Shown here: one piece after another, positions 1-14,185 of the stretch | Numbering within the stretch: the stretch's first letter is position 1 | How the letters are laid out: each line of letters starts with the position of its first letter | From: Chrysomallon squamiferum | Taxonomy: Eukaryota; Animalia; Mollusca | NCBI GenBank assembly: GCA_012295275.1 | Contig: CM022671.1 | Coordinates: 30,504,001-30,568,000, forward strand | Length of the DNA: 64,000 nucleotides | Direction of reading: 5' to 3' | Position numbers and translations under genes: made by a program | Notes under the pieces: generated by a model | The model's input: the letters and a program-made list of their open reading frames with translations, nothing else | What the model was told of the DNA's origin: nothing | Database searches by the model: none

Positions 1-3000
1 ATAAAAATGCAGAAGTAAAGACACCAGTTGCCTTCTCAAACAACAATCAAAAATATTCTCCAGCTTTTAGGTTTTTATAATTTAACCACAAGTGCTATGG
101 AAATTTCAAACAGAAGAAAATACTTCTTTTTTTTGCAATGACTGAAGTGCCAAATGTTGGTGTCATTTGGCCCAGCAACAAGACTAACTGGCAGAGCTTA
201 AAGGATTGTGTAAACAAAGGGTCTCTAAAAGAACAATGAGGTGTCTTTCCCAGCAGAAATCATAGGCAAACAGTCATCTATCTGAAATTCAAACAAGAAA
301 ATTCCCTGGCTGACTTTTCACAAACAAAAACACTGGACAAGTATGTTGGCTCTTGGGAAATTGCACGCATACAAAAATTTACACAAACAGTTTGGGTTGT
401 CTGTTTTTATGTGTGTGTGTGTGTGTGTGAATATAATAATTTATATCAAATAATAAATTATACTTATGTTATGTTTTTTAATATATATATATTTTAAATA
501 GTATGCATGTATTTTATTTCATTATTTGGCCCATGCCTGTTGTCAATACTGTCTGTTAATAAATACAGAAATAAAACAGTTTGAAACAAATGTATTTTTA
601 CTTTATTTCATACACAGCTCTACAAAATCAAACAATGAAAAGTAACCTTGTGTTTGTCACGGTTTTTCCCAGTTTTTGTTATTTACGGGGATAAACCAGC
701 CACTGAATTAAGCCTGTCATCTGCTGAGACAGCATCTTGGCCTCTTTAGGGTTTCATTTCTACAAATTCCATCCCTTGTCACTTCTCTCCACCCTTCTCA
801 GCTTCTCAAAAAGTATGTAAGAAGATCAGCTGGTTTGCCATGGTGTCATTGCATGTCAGGGTTTAAATATTTTAATTTCATGACTCTGTCCATTGTCACA
901 GGTCTTATCTGTGTATCATTGATCAGTGTAATTTATAAGCCATTATAAAAGAATGTATAGTTGGATAAGAAGATAGCCACTTTCTAACAAAACAAGAACA
1001 GCAACTGTTCAACTTGTATCTGTTGTATTATACATCTGTAATGTAAATAAACCCTGAATAAATAAATATATTTAATAAGCCACAGGAAAAAAAATAAAAA
1101 TAAAAATAAAATAATAATAATAACAATAATAAATAACTAACTAAATAAAAAAATAAATAACTAAATAAATAAATATAAATAAATAGAAAATAAAAATACT
1201 TATATAATAAATAAAATGAAATAAAAAATAATAATAATAACAAAAATAAAAAAATAAAAATAAAAAATAAAATGAATCTCTGGCCGCATTGCAGTATCAT
1301 ATAACAGTGTATTACTTAATATATGAAGAATGTTACTTTAAAAATAAAAATTAAAAATGCATTTCTCAATCAACAAACCAATGCAATATAGCATGCAAAA
1401 ACCAAATCAGTGAATGACCTTTTGGTCACATATATCTGCTTTACAAAAGCATATGCCGTTAAGGAAAATGTCTGCATTATACCCAGAGCACAGGATTTGC
1501 CCCATTCACCCTGTTTTGATACTGATAACACTGTTCTAGACAGAAACACTTAGAAATCCTTCAGAAAAAAATGAGTACAAAATCAATACTTTCAAGAATA
1601 CAAATGTCAGAGTGAGTTGACTAAATGAACCGTAAGTTCTTACATTTTTATGGCAACCACATGATCATGATGATAACAGTTAATGATGATTATCAAAGTG
1701 GTGATAGTAGTTGCAGCTGTAAAGTTATTAGAAGCAGTAGTAGTGGTAGTAGTGGTGGTGGTAGTGGTTGTGGTGGTAGTAGTGGTATTAAAATAGTTAT
1801 AACAAATGCTTTGTGTGTGTGTGTGTTTGTGTGTGTGTACATATGTGAGTTTGTTTGTGTCTTTGTCTTTGTGTGTGTGAGGTGTGTGCCTCCTGTTTAC
1901 ATGTGTATGTCTGTCTGTGTTTGTTACAGGTATGTACTTTGTTGCATGAGCAAATGTGCACCTAATTTCGTACACAAACATGAAATTAACAGAATTCCAA
2001 AAAACTTTGAAATGTACGAGTTTTATCACAAAACTAAACTTGTTAACAATGTAAAACTGAGTCAACAGATGTTGAATTCTGAAATAAGAGACAATCATTT
2101 AGATCTGTGTGATTTTGGTGGCCATCTTGTAAAATAATCAGTTGTATCAACTCCTAGTTTGCTGTGTGAATTAAATGATGTGGAAACTGAGGGATTGTTA
2201 TTTTACTCTGAAAGCAAATCTTTTTAACATAAATTAACAGTATAAAATAAAATAAAATAAAATAAAACAGTTTTCATTTATAAACAAGACACATTTTTTT
2301 TTTTTAACTTATACATAAAAAGTATTCTGAATTTAGCTTACAACTTAAAAAGATCTGCATTTTATTTTGCATAAATTTTTTCATTCTTCATAAAAGATTA
2401 TTTGCATTAGAAAAACTGTATTTTAAGTGTTCTGTAAAATGTGGTGTTTTTTTTTAATTTCTCTTGAAGGAAAAAAAAAAAGAAATTTACAGATTATAAA
2501 AATAAACTAAAATATTTTTTCTTTTCTTTCATATTTTTCTTTCATTCTTATTTCGTTCGTTTTATGTTCCATTTGAAAACACATACTAAAATAGAAACAT
2601 GATTTTAAAAAGATCAAACTTTTTCACATTATAAATGCACCAAGCATCAGCTGAATACACTGCCATTTATTTCTTAGTGTGTGTCTGTGTGCATGCATGC
2701 ATGCATGCATGTGTGCACATGCGTATTTGTGCATTTCCAACAGATGAACAATAAATACAAATTTTATTTCATTATAATGTTTTCTGTTCTATCCTGCCAT
2801 GAAAACAATATTTTGAGCATGGACTTGGTCATATAAAGAGTTTCATATTTCAAGCCTTTTTAAGCTCTTAGCAAGACCAGATTGCTACAAGTTAATTTTA
2901 ATATCACAGTTTTATACAAAGCTGAAGTGACAGGAAGATAATGTAATTCTGGAACTCTGGAAAATGTACATTGTAAATGAAACAGGCCTGTCATTGCTCA

Positions 3001-3214
3001 ATGTAAATTAAATGAACAGACAATTACTTCTTGAAACTTAATATCAACGTGTATATTTATGGTCTTTGTTACACCAAAAAACACTTTTCAGTGGGTCCTG
3101 TCAGCGACGAGAGAAACAGATAAGTTATGAGAAATATAATAATAATTAAATTAATAAATAAGATAAAAAAAATGAAAAAAATTAAAATTAAAAAAAATTA
3201 AAAATCATTTTAAA

Positions 3215-3245
<31 letters not shown>

Positions 3246-4080
3246 GTAAAAAAAAAAAAAAAAAAAAAAAGTAAAGAAAAAAAAAAAAAAAAAAGGTAAA
3301 GAAAAATATGAAAACAGGAATAGAGTTAATTCATATAAAATAACTGAAATGAATTTAAAAAAAAATCTTTCACAGCATAAATATTTGAGATAAATTACAT
3401 GCAAATTTGAAGGGGCGGAAGCCTGAAAGCAGGTCTTTTCTTCGCCTAACAGGAATTGTATCAACTGTCACGTCCCATTTGGGATACAACCCACACACTT
3501 GGCATGAGTTGAGTAGGAAAGGCTTACAACATCATTTCAAGACTTGCCTGTTATTATGACATGCAAGACTTTCTTATCTGAACATCTTTAAAAAACAGAC
3601 ACGAAGATGTGATGGAGATTTTCATGTTTAATGCTTTAGATGAATGTGGGATTTAATATATGAATGGTTCTTTCAGAAATTTTTTAAAGAGTAAAATTGT
3701 TAGGCTTAATTATATGTCATGTGTTATATAATCGGTTTGTTCATAGACTACAAAGAAAAAGAAATTGTCATTTAAGGGTATCAATTACAGAATGTTACAA
3801 TACTGAATGAACTGTTGTCTTCTTTTTACAAAAAAACAACAACATGGTTTTAAAGTTTTAAATAAAGCTATTTAAAGATAAAAGGACATTATATAAAAAC
3901 AAAGATGGCATTCATAAACTTTTTCTGAAATCCTAAGTCACACCTTATAATGACGGTATTTCCTTTTCTTATTTTTAAAATAAAAAATAAAATAAATTAA
4001 ATTAAAATCTGAAAATTATAAATAAAATCTGCTTTCTTTGAGCCATTTATAAATAATGTTATAGTGTCATAACTAGATAT

Positions 4081-4290
4081 TTTAAACCCAACCATCTCAG
4101 ATGTTTATGAAACTTGATAAACTTGTTGATTGGGATCCCACAGCACCAAATCAGAAATTTTAGGCCAAAGATTCAAAGGTTGGCTGCCACTCCCATTTTG
4201 GCCAAATATCTCAAAATTTGGGGTACCACATCTCCTACACCACTGGTTCAATTGACCAAAAATCAACAAGTATACCAATTTTCACAAAAA
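4081..4290. mobile_element. Degenerate dispersed-repeat fragment related to the interior of the 54905-55205 element
   Basis: tttatgaaacttgataaacttgttgattgggatcccacagcaccaaatcagaaattttaggcc resembles 54956-55018; 4190-4255 resembles the reverse complement of 55018-55085. Confidence 0.7.
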
Positions 4291-4454
4291 TCTGAACAAA
4301 AAGTGAACAAAAATTAAAGATTCAGTTTACCAAAAAAAAAAAATAATTGGTCACTGAAATAGTGGTTCTAGAAGAAAGATATAATAATGATGATATGAGC
4401 AGTGAAAAACATTAAAAATTAAAAATTAAAAAAAAAATAATAATAAAATACAAA

Positions 4455-4585
4455 TAAATAAATAAAATAAAATAAAATAAAATAAAATAAAATAAAATAA
4501 AATAAAATAAAATAAAATAAAATAAAATAAAATAAAATAAAATAAATAAAATAGTATAAAATAAAAAAATAATAAAATAAAAATA
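4455..4585. repeat. (AAAAT)n pentanucleotide microsatellite
   Basis: Long aaaat run; source of the spurious FILFY ORFs. Confidence 0.95.
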
Positions 4586-4864
4586 AGCCATGACCTGTCT
4601 AGACAATGAAAATTATGAGCTCTCCTAAAACCACGTAGGAATTCTGCCAAGTTCAAAGCACTAACAATGATTGATTATACATCTCTACAGAAGGAAATAT
4701 GAATATTTTTGCTATACTTCATTTCTAGAATAGAATATGCTATGTGCTTAGTCAAAACATACTGCATTTATAAAACAGTGAGATGACATATTGATTGCAA
4801 GATTCATCATACTGGGGTTTTTGTGGGGTTTTTCATTTATTTTGGGGTTGTTGTTTTTTTTAAC

Positions 4865-5230
4865 CTTAAAGCTATATCTCAGAGCTAACATAATACAATT
4901 TTATATAACAAAATCTTACAGCTGTATCATTCTGCTAATGTAATATAATGTATAACCTTAAAACTATATCATATTGATATAATGTAACCTTAAATAAAAA
5001 TTTGCAAAATATTATGTAATATAATGTAAACTAATATAATACAATATAAGATGATATAAGCTTAAAGCTATTATCATACTGCTAATGTAATATAATACAC
5101 TGTAACAAAATACAATCTGAAAACTATGTAACACTGCTAATAATTATAATGAAATGTAATGTAATCTTAAAGCTTATATCATATAATGCTAATGTAATAA
5201 AATGTAACACAATACAACATTACATAATCT
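4865..5230. repeat. Degenerate minisatellite, about 6 copies of a 40-60 bp unit (cttaaagctatatcatactgctaatgtaatataatgtaac)
   Basis: The motif recurs near 4865, 4915, 4956, 5061, 5117 and 5166. Confidence 0.7.
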
Positions 5231-7263
5231 GCAGTACACACCAGTTTAAATTTATATAAAAACTACATGGATTTAAAACTGATTATGTCCCAGGGAATAT
5301 TCAAAATCTAATAAGATTTTTATCTAATCCACATAAATGTACTTGATAATGTAGGTGAAAATTGTAATATACCCGCCTTCCAGAAAGTAATTTTAGTAAA
5401 TAATATCTTGAAGTTGTTATGCCAGATTTAAATGAACATATTTCAATGACATGTCTCATAGGTTAATACCCAGATAGTGCCTGGCTAAAAACAATTTGTA
5501 TAAAAGATACTATCAGTATCACAGAAACATGATAGCCCATTGTGGCATGAACTGTAAAAGTATAATTTATTATCATTTGTTTACAAACTGACATTTAATT
5601 TAAACTGCAGTATTACACAAATGTATACATACATAAATACCAATTAAACACACACACACATGAACACATTTAAATACAGTAAAATGTATACATCTTGTAC
5701 ACCTGCGTTTTTGTGAGTATATATGTATGTATGAATTAAATGAGTGTGTGTACATGTCTATCTGTATATAACTGCATTTTTGGCTGTGTAAATAATTATT
5801 ATTATTTTTATTTTTTTTAAGAGGACCGTTAACTACTTCAGTCTGCACAAGCATGTGTACAAGTAGACATAATTATTATGTCTTTACAGCCAGCTGTCTG
5901 TCAGTAGATGAACAAGTTGTCTGGACCAGTTTACTAACTTTCAGTGATAACTATCTGCCAGTGATGTTGCAAACATCACAATGTTGAAGTGTTAATAGCC
6001 CTGTTTTAATAACACACTCAGTGTCTTTGTGTCAGAACAGTCTACCAGATGTGCCTATCAAAACAGTAACCAACCAGGTAAAATGGATTTAAGCAGGAAC
6101 CCATGTATTACTGAAGCAATAAACTGTAATATATAAATTTGTATTACACGGATGTAACAATCCACCTTTTGTACTCACATCCGTTGTGGGACTGGAATAA
6201 TGTTTTAATAATTTGAATTCAAAAATGATTTGAGAAAATGAAAGTGAGAGAAAAAGTAGTTGGATAAAGAAAGAAAAAGAGCCAGAAAAGAGAAAAAGAA
6301 AAAGAAAAAATATATAAATATTTCCAAAACCTTTTTCTCTATATAAATTGTTTACAAATGATATTAAAAGAAATTTTGAGCATACATATAAAAATGGTAT
6401 AAAATATTGAGTATTGAATATTAAATACTATTCCCAGCGGTGATACTAGGTTATACAATGTACACTGCAAACAACTGTTCTACAATGTTTAGTGTACATG
6501 TACCAGTTAACAGACGTTTACAATGTTAAACAAACATACATACAAAATAAAACATGTACATATAGCCAGTTAAAACCATGTATGTCAGTAGGTGTTAACA
6601 GCCAAGAAGGTTGAACGAGCAAAGCTTGTGAGCTGATCTAATCAGGCCTGTACAAACATCAAGATCAAACCTCAAAAACAAATCCCTAAGGACAATATAC
6701 ATTCAGCCAAAGAAAGTGCCCAAAGGAAAATTCACATCAAATATTGGAATAGTATAAACAAATAGGAAAACAATATCCTGCCAGTGCAAACTGTGAAAAC
6801 AAACCAAACTGTAAATTGACTCAAGTTACATAATTTGCTTTGATGAAAGCAAAGGTGTTATGATGTGTCTGAAATTAATGGTAATTGAGAAGTATTTTAT
6901 TTCTTTGTTCATGTATTAAAACTGACAGTAATACAGCCATGGATTTGTAATTAACGAAGCAGGTAATTGCCCAGATCAATAACAGGTGTTAAAATAAATA
7001 AATAAATAATAAGAAGAGACTATTAACATCAGGAAACTAAGGTAACATTAAATTTTCACTTGGAAATAATTTAGAACCATCTAACCAATTCCTCTCTCTC
7101 TTATACTGAAGAAACAAACCTGAAAATAATACATACGGGATTATTTGTTAGTTTGTTTCTTCGATATGAAAATAGTTCTTGATGTCAAAATGTCTTGTGT
7201 TACTGATTTGTCAGAATCTAATAAAATGTGGTTAAGTAGTTTGATGTTTTACATTTCTTCTGT

Positions 7264-7304
<41 letters not shown>

Positions 7305-7369
7305 AGTATAAATTAAAATAAAAAAATTTAAATTAAAATAAAAAAATTTAAATTAAAATATCAACTTAC

Positions 7370-10300
7370 CAGAAACTGTAACTTCAAAATTCCCCACTCT
7401 AGGAACATCTGAATTTGCCCTGGAATCTAGAGTTATATCTCCTGTGGAATTATTGAGATGCAGTGGTCCAGCTGAAGACCCTGTTTTGAACTTGTAGACT
7501 AACCTATTCCTGTCTGATTCATCTGGGTCAAAAGCTGGAACTTTCCCAATTGGTTTGGTAGGAAAGTGTTCGTAAAAATTATTAAAAATTATTACAAAAT
7601 CTTTCAACAAAGGAGCATTGTCATTGACATCTCGCACATTAATGAGAACCTCGGCAGTTGAAAACTGAGTCTCTGATGCTGCTCTAAGAATGATCTGATA
7701 CTGTTTTTTATCAGACTCGTAATTCAGAGACACACGAGTTGTGATTATTGCAGGATCTCCTTTCCTTCCCACAAGCTGAAAGGAATCTGCATCAGCACCA
7801 CCATCAAAGCTGTACTCAATGAGTGCATTGATTCCTTCATCTGCATCGGTGGCAGAGATTCGGGCAACAGTAGATCCGATGGGACTGTTTTCAGCAATCC
7901 AGACATTGATCACAGATGATTCAAACTTGGGGCGATTGTCGTTAACATCCTCAACGGTGATCTTTATTTTAACTGAGGTGTTTCTCGACTCTACTCCCCT
8001 GTCCACAGCATAGGCCACTAATTCATAGAAAGGTTTTGTTTCCCTATCCAAAGGCTTTGCAACACGGATGATGCCAAGAGCACTGTCGATGGTAAAATCT
8101 CCATTCCCATCATTTCCATTGTGAAATGTGTAATACACCTGACCATTGACGCCAGCATCCTTGTCTGTTGCAGAAATCTGGAGAACACGTCCTGGAAGAG
8201 CATCCTCCCTGACAACAGCATGATAGCTGATTTCAGAAAACATTGGACTGTTGTCGTTGACATCATTGACTTTGATTTCAACATCAGCTATGTCATTTTT
8301 TGAAGGTGTTCCATGATCTCTGGCCACAACACTTAGCACATATACAGGAGTCGTTTCTCTGTCCAGGATTTCCCTTGTTGTTATCTGTCCTGTTACTGGA
8401 TTGATAGCAAAAGCTGATGTTCCTGGTTCCAGAGAATAAGTAATCCGAGCATTTTCTCCCCTGTCACTGTCCAGAGCTAGAACCTTCAACACAGATGTTC
8501 CAACAGGCTGGTTTTCCTCAATCTCTTTCGAATATGGCTGTCCCTGAAATTCTGGTGCATATCGGTTAGTGTCAGATATGTTGATGAATACATTAGTTGT
8601 GTCAATTTTGCCTGAAATATCTTCTGCTGTTACTGATAAAACATAACGATTATGTTCCCTGGCATTCAGCCTTCTGTTAACAGAAATGCTCCCAGTTCCT
8701 CTGCTGATTTGAAATGCATTATCTATATTACCTGATTTTATCCGGTAAGCAATCCGTCCAAATTCACCTTCATCATTGTCAATGGCAGTTACTGTGATAA
8801 CAGGTGCACCAATTTGAGCATCTTCTGATATTGAGACTTGGTACACCCTGGGATTGAATCTGGGTGGATTATCATTGATGTCCTGAACATGAATGACAAC
8901 AGAAGCTGTAGAAGAACGTGGAGGTTTGCCATTATCTGTAGCTTGAACAATAAATCTGTAAGTATTCTGTTTTTCCCGGTCAAGAGGTCCAGTAGTTTTT
9001 AGTGACCCTGTTTTCAGATCAACAGTAATAGGCATATTTGGTGGAGGATTCTTAATGGTGTAGTTCAAATTTGAGTTAATACCAAAATCTCTGTCTGAAG
9101 CATGGACCTGCTGGATCTGGGTTCCCACCTTGGCATTCTCTGAGATGTATTCTTCATACAGCTGTGATGTGAACTGAGGACTGTTATCATTGACATCAAT
9201 CACCTGAACCAGGACAACTGTTGTGTTCTTCCTGGACGGTGACCCACCATCCTCAGCTCTGACATTCAGCTTGTACTCAGAAGTGTACTCATGATCAAGA
9301 GGCTTGATGATTTTTAAATTTCCTGTGCTGCTGTCAATGCTGAAAATCTGATCACTGTTTCCTGTCAGAGTATACCTGATCCTGCTGTTGACACCAAAAT
9401 CCTTGTCTGTGGCTGAAATGTGAGCAATTACAGGTCTGCTGCTAACATCAATGTTCTCAGGAACCTTCACAATGTAGCTGTGGTTGAGAAACTGAGGTGT
9501 GTTGTCATTGAGATCAAGAACATTCACATCCACAGTGGTCAATGATGACTTTCGTGTGGACATATCACCCTGGTCAGTAGCCTGGACAATTAACCTGTAC
9601 TGAGTTCTCTGTTCTCTGTCAAGCTTGTTCAGGGTGGAAATGATTCCTCGGACTGGATCAATCATGAAAGAATTACTAGATCCTCCAGAGTCAAGAAAAC
9701 TGTAACGGATCTTCGAGTTGTCTCCAGCATCCTTATCCACAGCTTGCACTGTCAGAATAATTGTCCCTTCTTGCTGGTTCTCTGATATGTTACGGGAGTA
9801 ATAAGGATCTTCAAATTTCGGTGCATGGTCATTGATATCATCTACAATAATTGTTAATGACGTTGTTCCAGTTTTAGGCTTCAGGTCATTGTCTTCAGCT
9901 ATCACAGTGAAGAAATGATGGGGTATGAATTCTCTATCCAGTTTCTGGGTTGTCTTGATGGTGCCTGTCACAGGGTCTATAGAAAACATATTGTTGCTTC
10001 TCTGGTCTCGACTAGGCACCATGCTGTAGGAAATTTTCCCAGAATCCCCGGCATCTGGATCTGTTGCTGTGATGGTGGTGACAACCACACCTGGTGACTG
10101 CTCCTCACGGATATGTTCTACATATTTGGGGCTGGCAAAACTTGGCGCTGTGTTTACAGCTCTTCTCACGCGACTGTGTCTTCGACTGTGCTGTTCACTG
10201 ACTTTGTCAGTTTTAATTGGATGGACTGTAAACTTGAATGGCAGATCAAAAGATCCTCTGTTCTTGCAAATAAACGTAGCAGTAAAATCAAAATGCATCG

Positions 10301-10955
10301 GTTCCTTAATGAAGCACCTTTTGATAATTGTTTTAATTTCTAGTGTTTTTACATCTACACTGAAATCGGAAGAAGTTGGAACACTGACATAAATCTTACA
10401 CTGCTGTCTTACAGAGAGAGGTATAAAATTAGAAAATGATATAACGTGATGATTTCTTGGAATGCATGATTGTTCACTGGTGTATACATTAACATAATGG
10501 TTATAGTCAAACCTGGAATGAAACGGAATTTCACTGTTCGAAAAAGAGCACTTGTTGCCAAGGATATACAATAAATGTGGTGTTATGGAAGAGTTCGAAT
10601 ACAAACTATTTATGCGAGTCCTAGATACTATTCTAAAATGCAAAGGATTGGAAATTAGCTCTGAGCATTTTAATCTCTGCTTTAAATACACAGACCCACT
10701 GCTCGAATCGAGTTCAACAAAGGGAAATGCTTGCAAACTGGCAGGCAAGTCAAACGTATGATACCAGCCCCTTCCGAACGTACCGTTGTATATCAGCGTT
10801 CCCCCTGGGTCCGTGGATGAAATGTGAATATCGTACGACGTCGTCAGCGATAAGTGCAACATTATCACAACACAGGCCAAAAGTCTGCTGTGCGTACACG
10901 ACAGCCAGGCCGCCCACCGATCGCACATTTTCCGTGTGTCCACACTGTCACCCAT
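7370..10955 (-). CDS. CELSR: CELSR/flamingo (cadherin EGF LAG seven-pass G-type receptor), first coding exon. The rest of the gene lies left of the window beyond an intron of more than 7.3 kb.
   Basis: 1200-aa ORF with a hydrophobic signal-like segment (LLACVVIMLHLSL), a prodomain ending in the furin-type site RHSRVRR, then 8 complete cadherin repeats (DxNDNxPxF, LDRE, AxDxD motifs) and most of a ninth. The ninth has the CELSR-typical DFVIIFNNF...IGKVPAFDPD. Donor G|GTAAG at 7370/7369 (phase 1, after ...EVTVS). Confidence 0.93.
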
Positions 10956-11164
10956 GTCGCCGAACGTTCCAAATTACACCTTAATTTCACAGGTACAATT
11001 CAAAACAAAAACCTCCGAAAGTACACCTTAATATTTTCAGAACATATATTCAGTGTACATGGTTCTGAAATTTGCTGTAAGTTAAAGTGTTTATTCCAAT
11101 ATATGAATGTTTTTTCTTTGTCGTGATCATGACACAATAAATCCAAGCGAACTAAAACACTCGG

Positions 11165-11410
11165 AAAGCGTCAAAATGGCTGAACGAGCACCTACGCTGT
11201 TCCATACAACTCCCACTGAAATCAGTTGCAAATTACTCCCGTCGACAAAATATTTATGTCAGTCAGTTATCTGACGATAAATATTTGGCACTCTGGTTAT
11301 TGTTTTTTTTGTGACCAGTAGTTTTCTTTATATAGCATTAATTAAAATAATCACATATCGATATTAGAAATGGGGAGGTATAAACATCAGCTAAGTTGCG
11401 TCACGTGATC
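11165..11410 (-). promoter_or_regulatory. Putative CELSR promoter/5' region
   Basis: CpG-rich; E-box GTCACGTGAT at 11400-11409; CAAAATGGC (YY1-like) at 11172-11180. Confidence 0.35.
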
Positions 11411-12415
11411 AAACAACAGAAAGAAGCGTGTACTCACTGATACGTGCAAAAGAGAAATACGTATCTGATCTCGCTTATCGGTAGTTTTGAACAAACTACT
11501 ACCGAATTACAAGACAGACAAATGCCTCGGGCGCTAGACTGCTCGAAATATACGCGACAACAGCGGAGAAATTATTTGGCCACTTTACACCATCGAGCAA
11601 TGTAGAATCTCAGATGTTAACTTGGAGGAATAATCCCAATCACAAACACACGGTCATAAGCTGTTGATTGCATTGAGGAAGAAAACGACGTTAATATTTT
11701 AACACAATATTTAATTTACATAATGTCGAATTTTAGAAACGAAAGAAAGGACTTGTTACGAAATTATTTCAAAACCAAACTGACAAAATACATTTTTCTT
11801 AAATAGCGAATGTTAAATTAATTTGTCAACTTTTAACCATGATAGTAAAATAATTATCTGCATTTTTTTTTTTTTCATATAAATATTTTACAAATTAATT
11901 TCTTATATGTATTACGTTGAAAATACATACATACGTACGTACATACATACATATGTTTTCTTGATCTTTTGAAATATGTTATAGGGGTACATTTAATGCA
12001 TTTATTCAAATGGAATTTTTCGCTGTTATGTTCTTTTCTTTGTTTCCATAATCTATGTCTTTTTCTTTTTTTAAAAAAAATATTTTTTATTTAACCTTAT
12101 AATTCAACAATATCTATGTAAGAGCGAGTAAGTACATGAGATAATAAAATTTATATTAAAGAAAAATACAACATCAGGTTAGAATTTCTCGATTATTTAA
12201 AACAACTCAATGTGAATCCTAACGGACTTGTACCCGGTACCCCAAACCCATATTAATTTTCAAGCAAATATTAATTTCTCTATACAATGAAACGCACCTT
12301 AAAAGTTATGTCCGATGCAATGCAGTAAGTACAAGGGTCCGCACATGACATGCTGGATTAAATAACTATTTTTTTCTTCTTTTAAATTACTTTCTCTTTT
12401 GTTTACGTATTTATT

Positions 12416-12420
<5 letters not shown>

Positions 12421-12488
<68 letters not shown>
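12421..12488. repeat. (TC)n microsatellite
   Basis: Perfect dinucleotide run. Confidence 0.98.
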
Positions 12489-12489
<1 letters not shown>

Positions 12490-13105
12490 ACGTAGACAGA
12501 TTAAAATATCTCTTTGTGTGAGAGTGTAAGTATAAGTGACTGGATGTCTGTCAGTGTCCGCATGTAAAGACTAGTTCTAAATAACACAGGTTTGCGAATG
12601 TGTGCGTGCGTGCGTGCGTGTGTCATTCAGTGCCAACATATAAAGCGTAGTTCTAAATAACACATACCTGCGAGTCATACCATTTCTGTTGTCTCAGGCA
12701 AACTTGTTAAAAACAAAAACCCCAGTTTCTTGACAAAAACACGTTTTGACCCAAAAACATGTTTGCCGAAATTTCTGCAAAACTGTATGTGGCATGCGCC
12801 TGTGTTGATGTTCTAGTACGTTTTCGTGTGTGACTTTAACTTTATTTATTTATTTTTAATTGTTTGTGTTTTAATTTTAATTTTAATTATTATTTATTTA
12901 TTTATTTATTTGTTGTATGTTTGTTTGTTTGTTTGTTTGTTTATTTTTAATTTAATTTTAATATTTTAATTTTTTTATTTTATTATTATTATTTATTTAT
13001 TTTTTTCTTCACTTGGAACAATGTGTCCTAACCTGTGAAGATCGTATAAAATGATACTTTAGTAAAAGAAGGAAACTATCTCTACCGACGTATACACGAA
13101 GCAAG

Positions 13106-13165
<60 letters not shown>

Positions 13166-13666
13166 GTAGTGGTTGTTTTTACTTTTAATTTTTTTTATTC
13201 TTTTATTTATTTATTTATTTATTTGTTTGTTTATTTGTTTATTGGGGGTGGGGGAGAGGCTGATGAGGCCAGAGGGTACTAAATTACTATACGGAAAAAT
13301 AAAACCTGCCTCGTACCCTGATGAGTAGCATCAGTAACATTTGAGTATCACGCAGGTTTAAAAGAATAATGAGTCTGTAACGCAACACGTGGCCAAGCAC
13401 GTGTGATATGTAACCAGCTGTTACATTTCACAAATTTATGCACGTTACCACTAGATATGTTTGAATTGTAAACAAAATTCATTTTAACCTCTGAACAGGT
13501 AAAAAAAAATAATTGAAGAAGCTCTTATTTTGTTATATGGGTTTTATTTTTATTTTTTTAATTTAAGTATATGTGTTTGTATCAACAAGTTCTTTTTGTT
13601 GTACAAGTATGTAATGATATACATACATATATATATATATCCCTGTTTCTGGATATAGACAGCAAT

Positions 13667-13776
<110 letters not shown>

Positions 13777-14095
13777 CGTGTGTGTATGTGTATGTGTATA
13801 TTTGGGAGTCTGCATTCTACGTATTTTATGGTGAAGATAATAAATACATCAAATGAACCAAACAGAAAGCTCTCTTCAGAAATGTTTGGTCTTGTTTGCA
13901 AACAACGTTTCGTCATGTTCACGAGGTTAAAAGTGAAGGTTTAATATTAATAATTGTCGAGCATATGTTCAGACCATCGCAGATGTCAGCCAATTTTTTA
14001 TTTTTTATTTTTTTTTATGAACATTAATGAATATTTTTCATCAGAAATTGTTGTGGCAAAATAATCTTTTGAGCTTGTTCAGAACTTATTTCGTT

Positions 14096-14103
14096 TCTCT
14101 CTG

Positions 14104-14182
<79 letters not shown>
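14096..14182. repeat. (TC)n microsatellite, interrupted
   Basis: Dinucleotide run with two interruptions. Confidence 0.97.

Positions 14183-14185
<3 letters not shown>

Noticed and set aside
1028-2137. ORFs of 90-170 aa (F/I/L/Y-rich, poly-T, CV repeats)
   Set aside because: They are translations of AAAT, GTA/GGT and GT low-complexity repeats inside the CELSR intron.
1-7369. Search for CELSR exon 2, nested genes, tRNA, snoRNA or miRNA
   Set aside because: No convincing coding exon or RNA gene recognised by eye; an Infernal/Rfam and tRNAscan-SE run would be needed to exclude ncRNAs.
7819-11126. Antisense and alternate-frame ORFs over CELSR exon 1 (similar ones overlap CADPS exon 1)
   Set aside because: Short shadows of real coding sequence with no recognisable domains.
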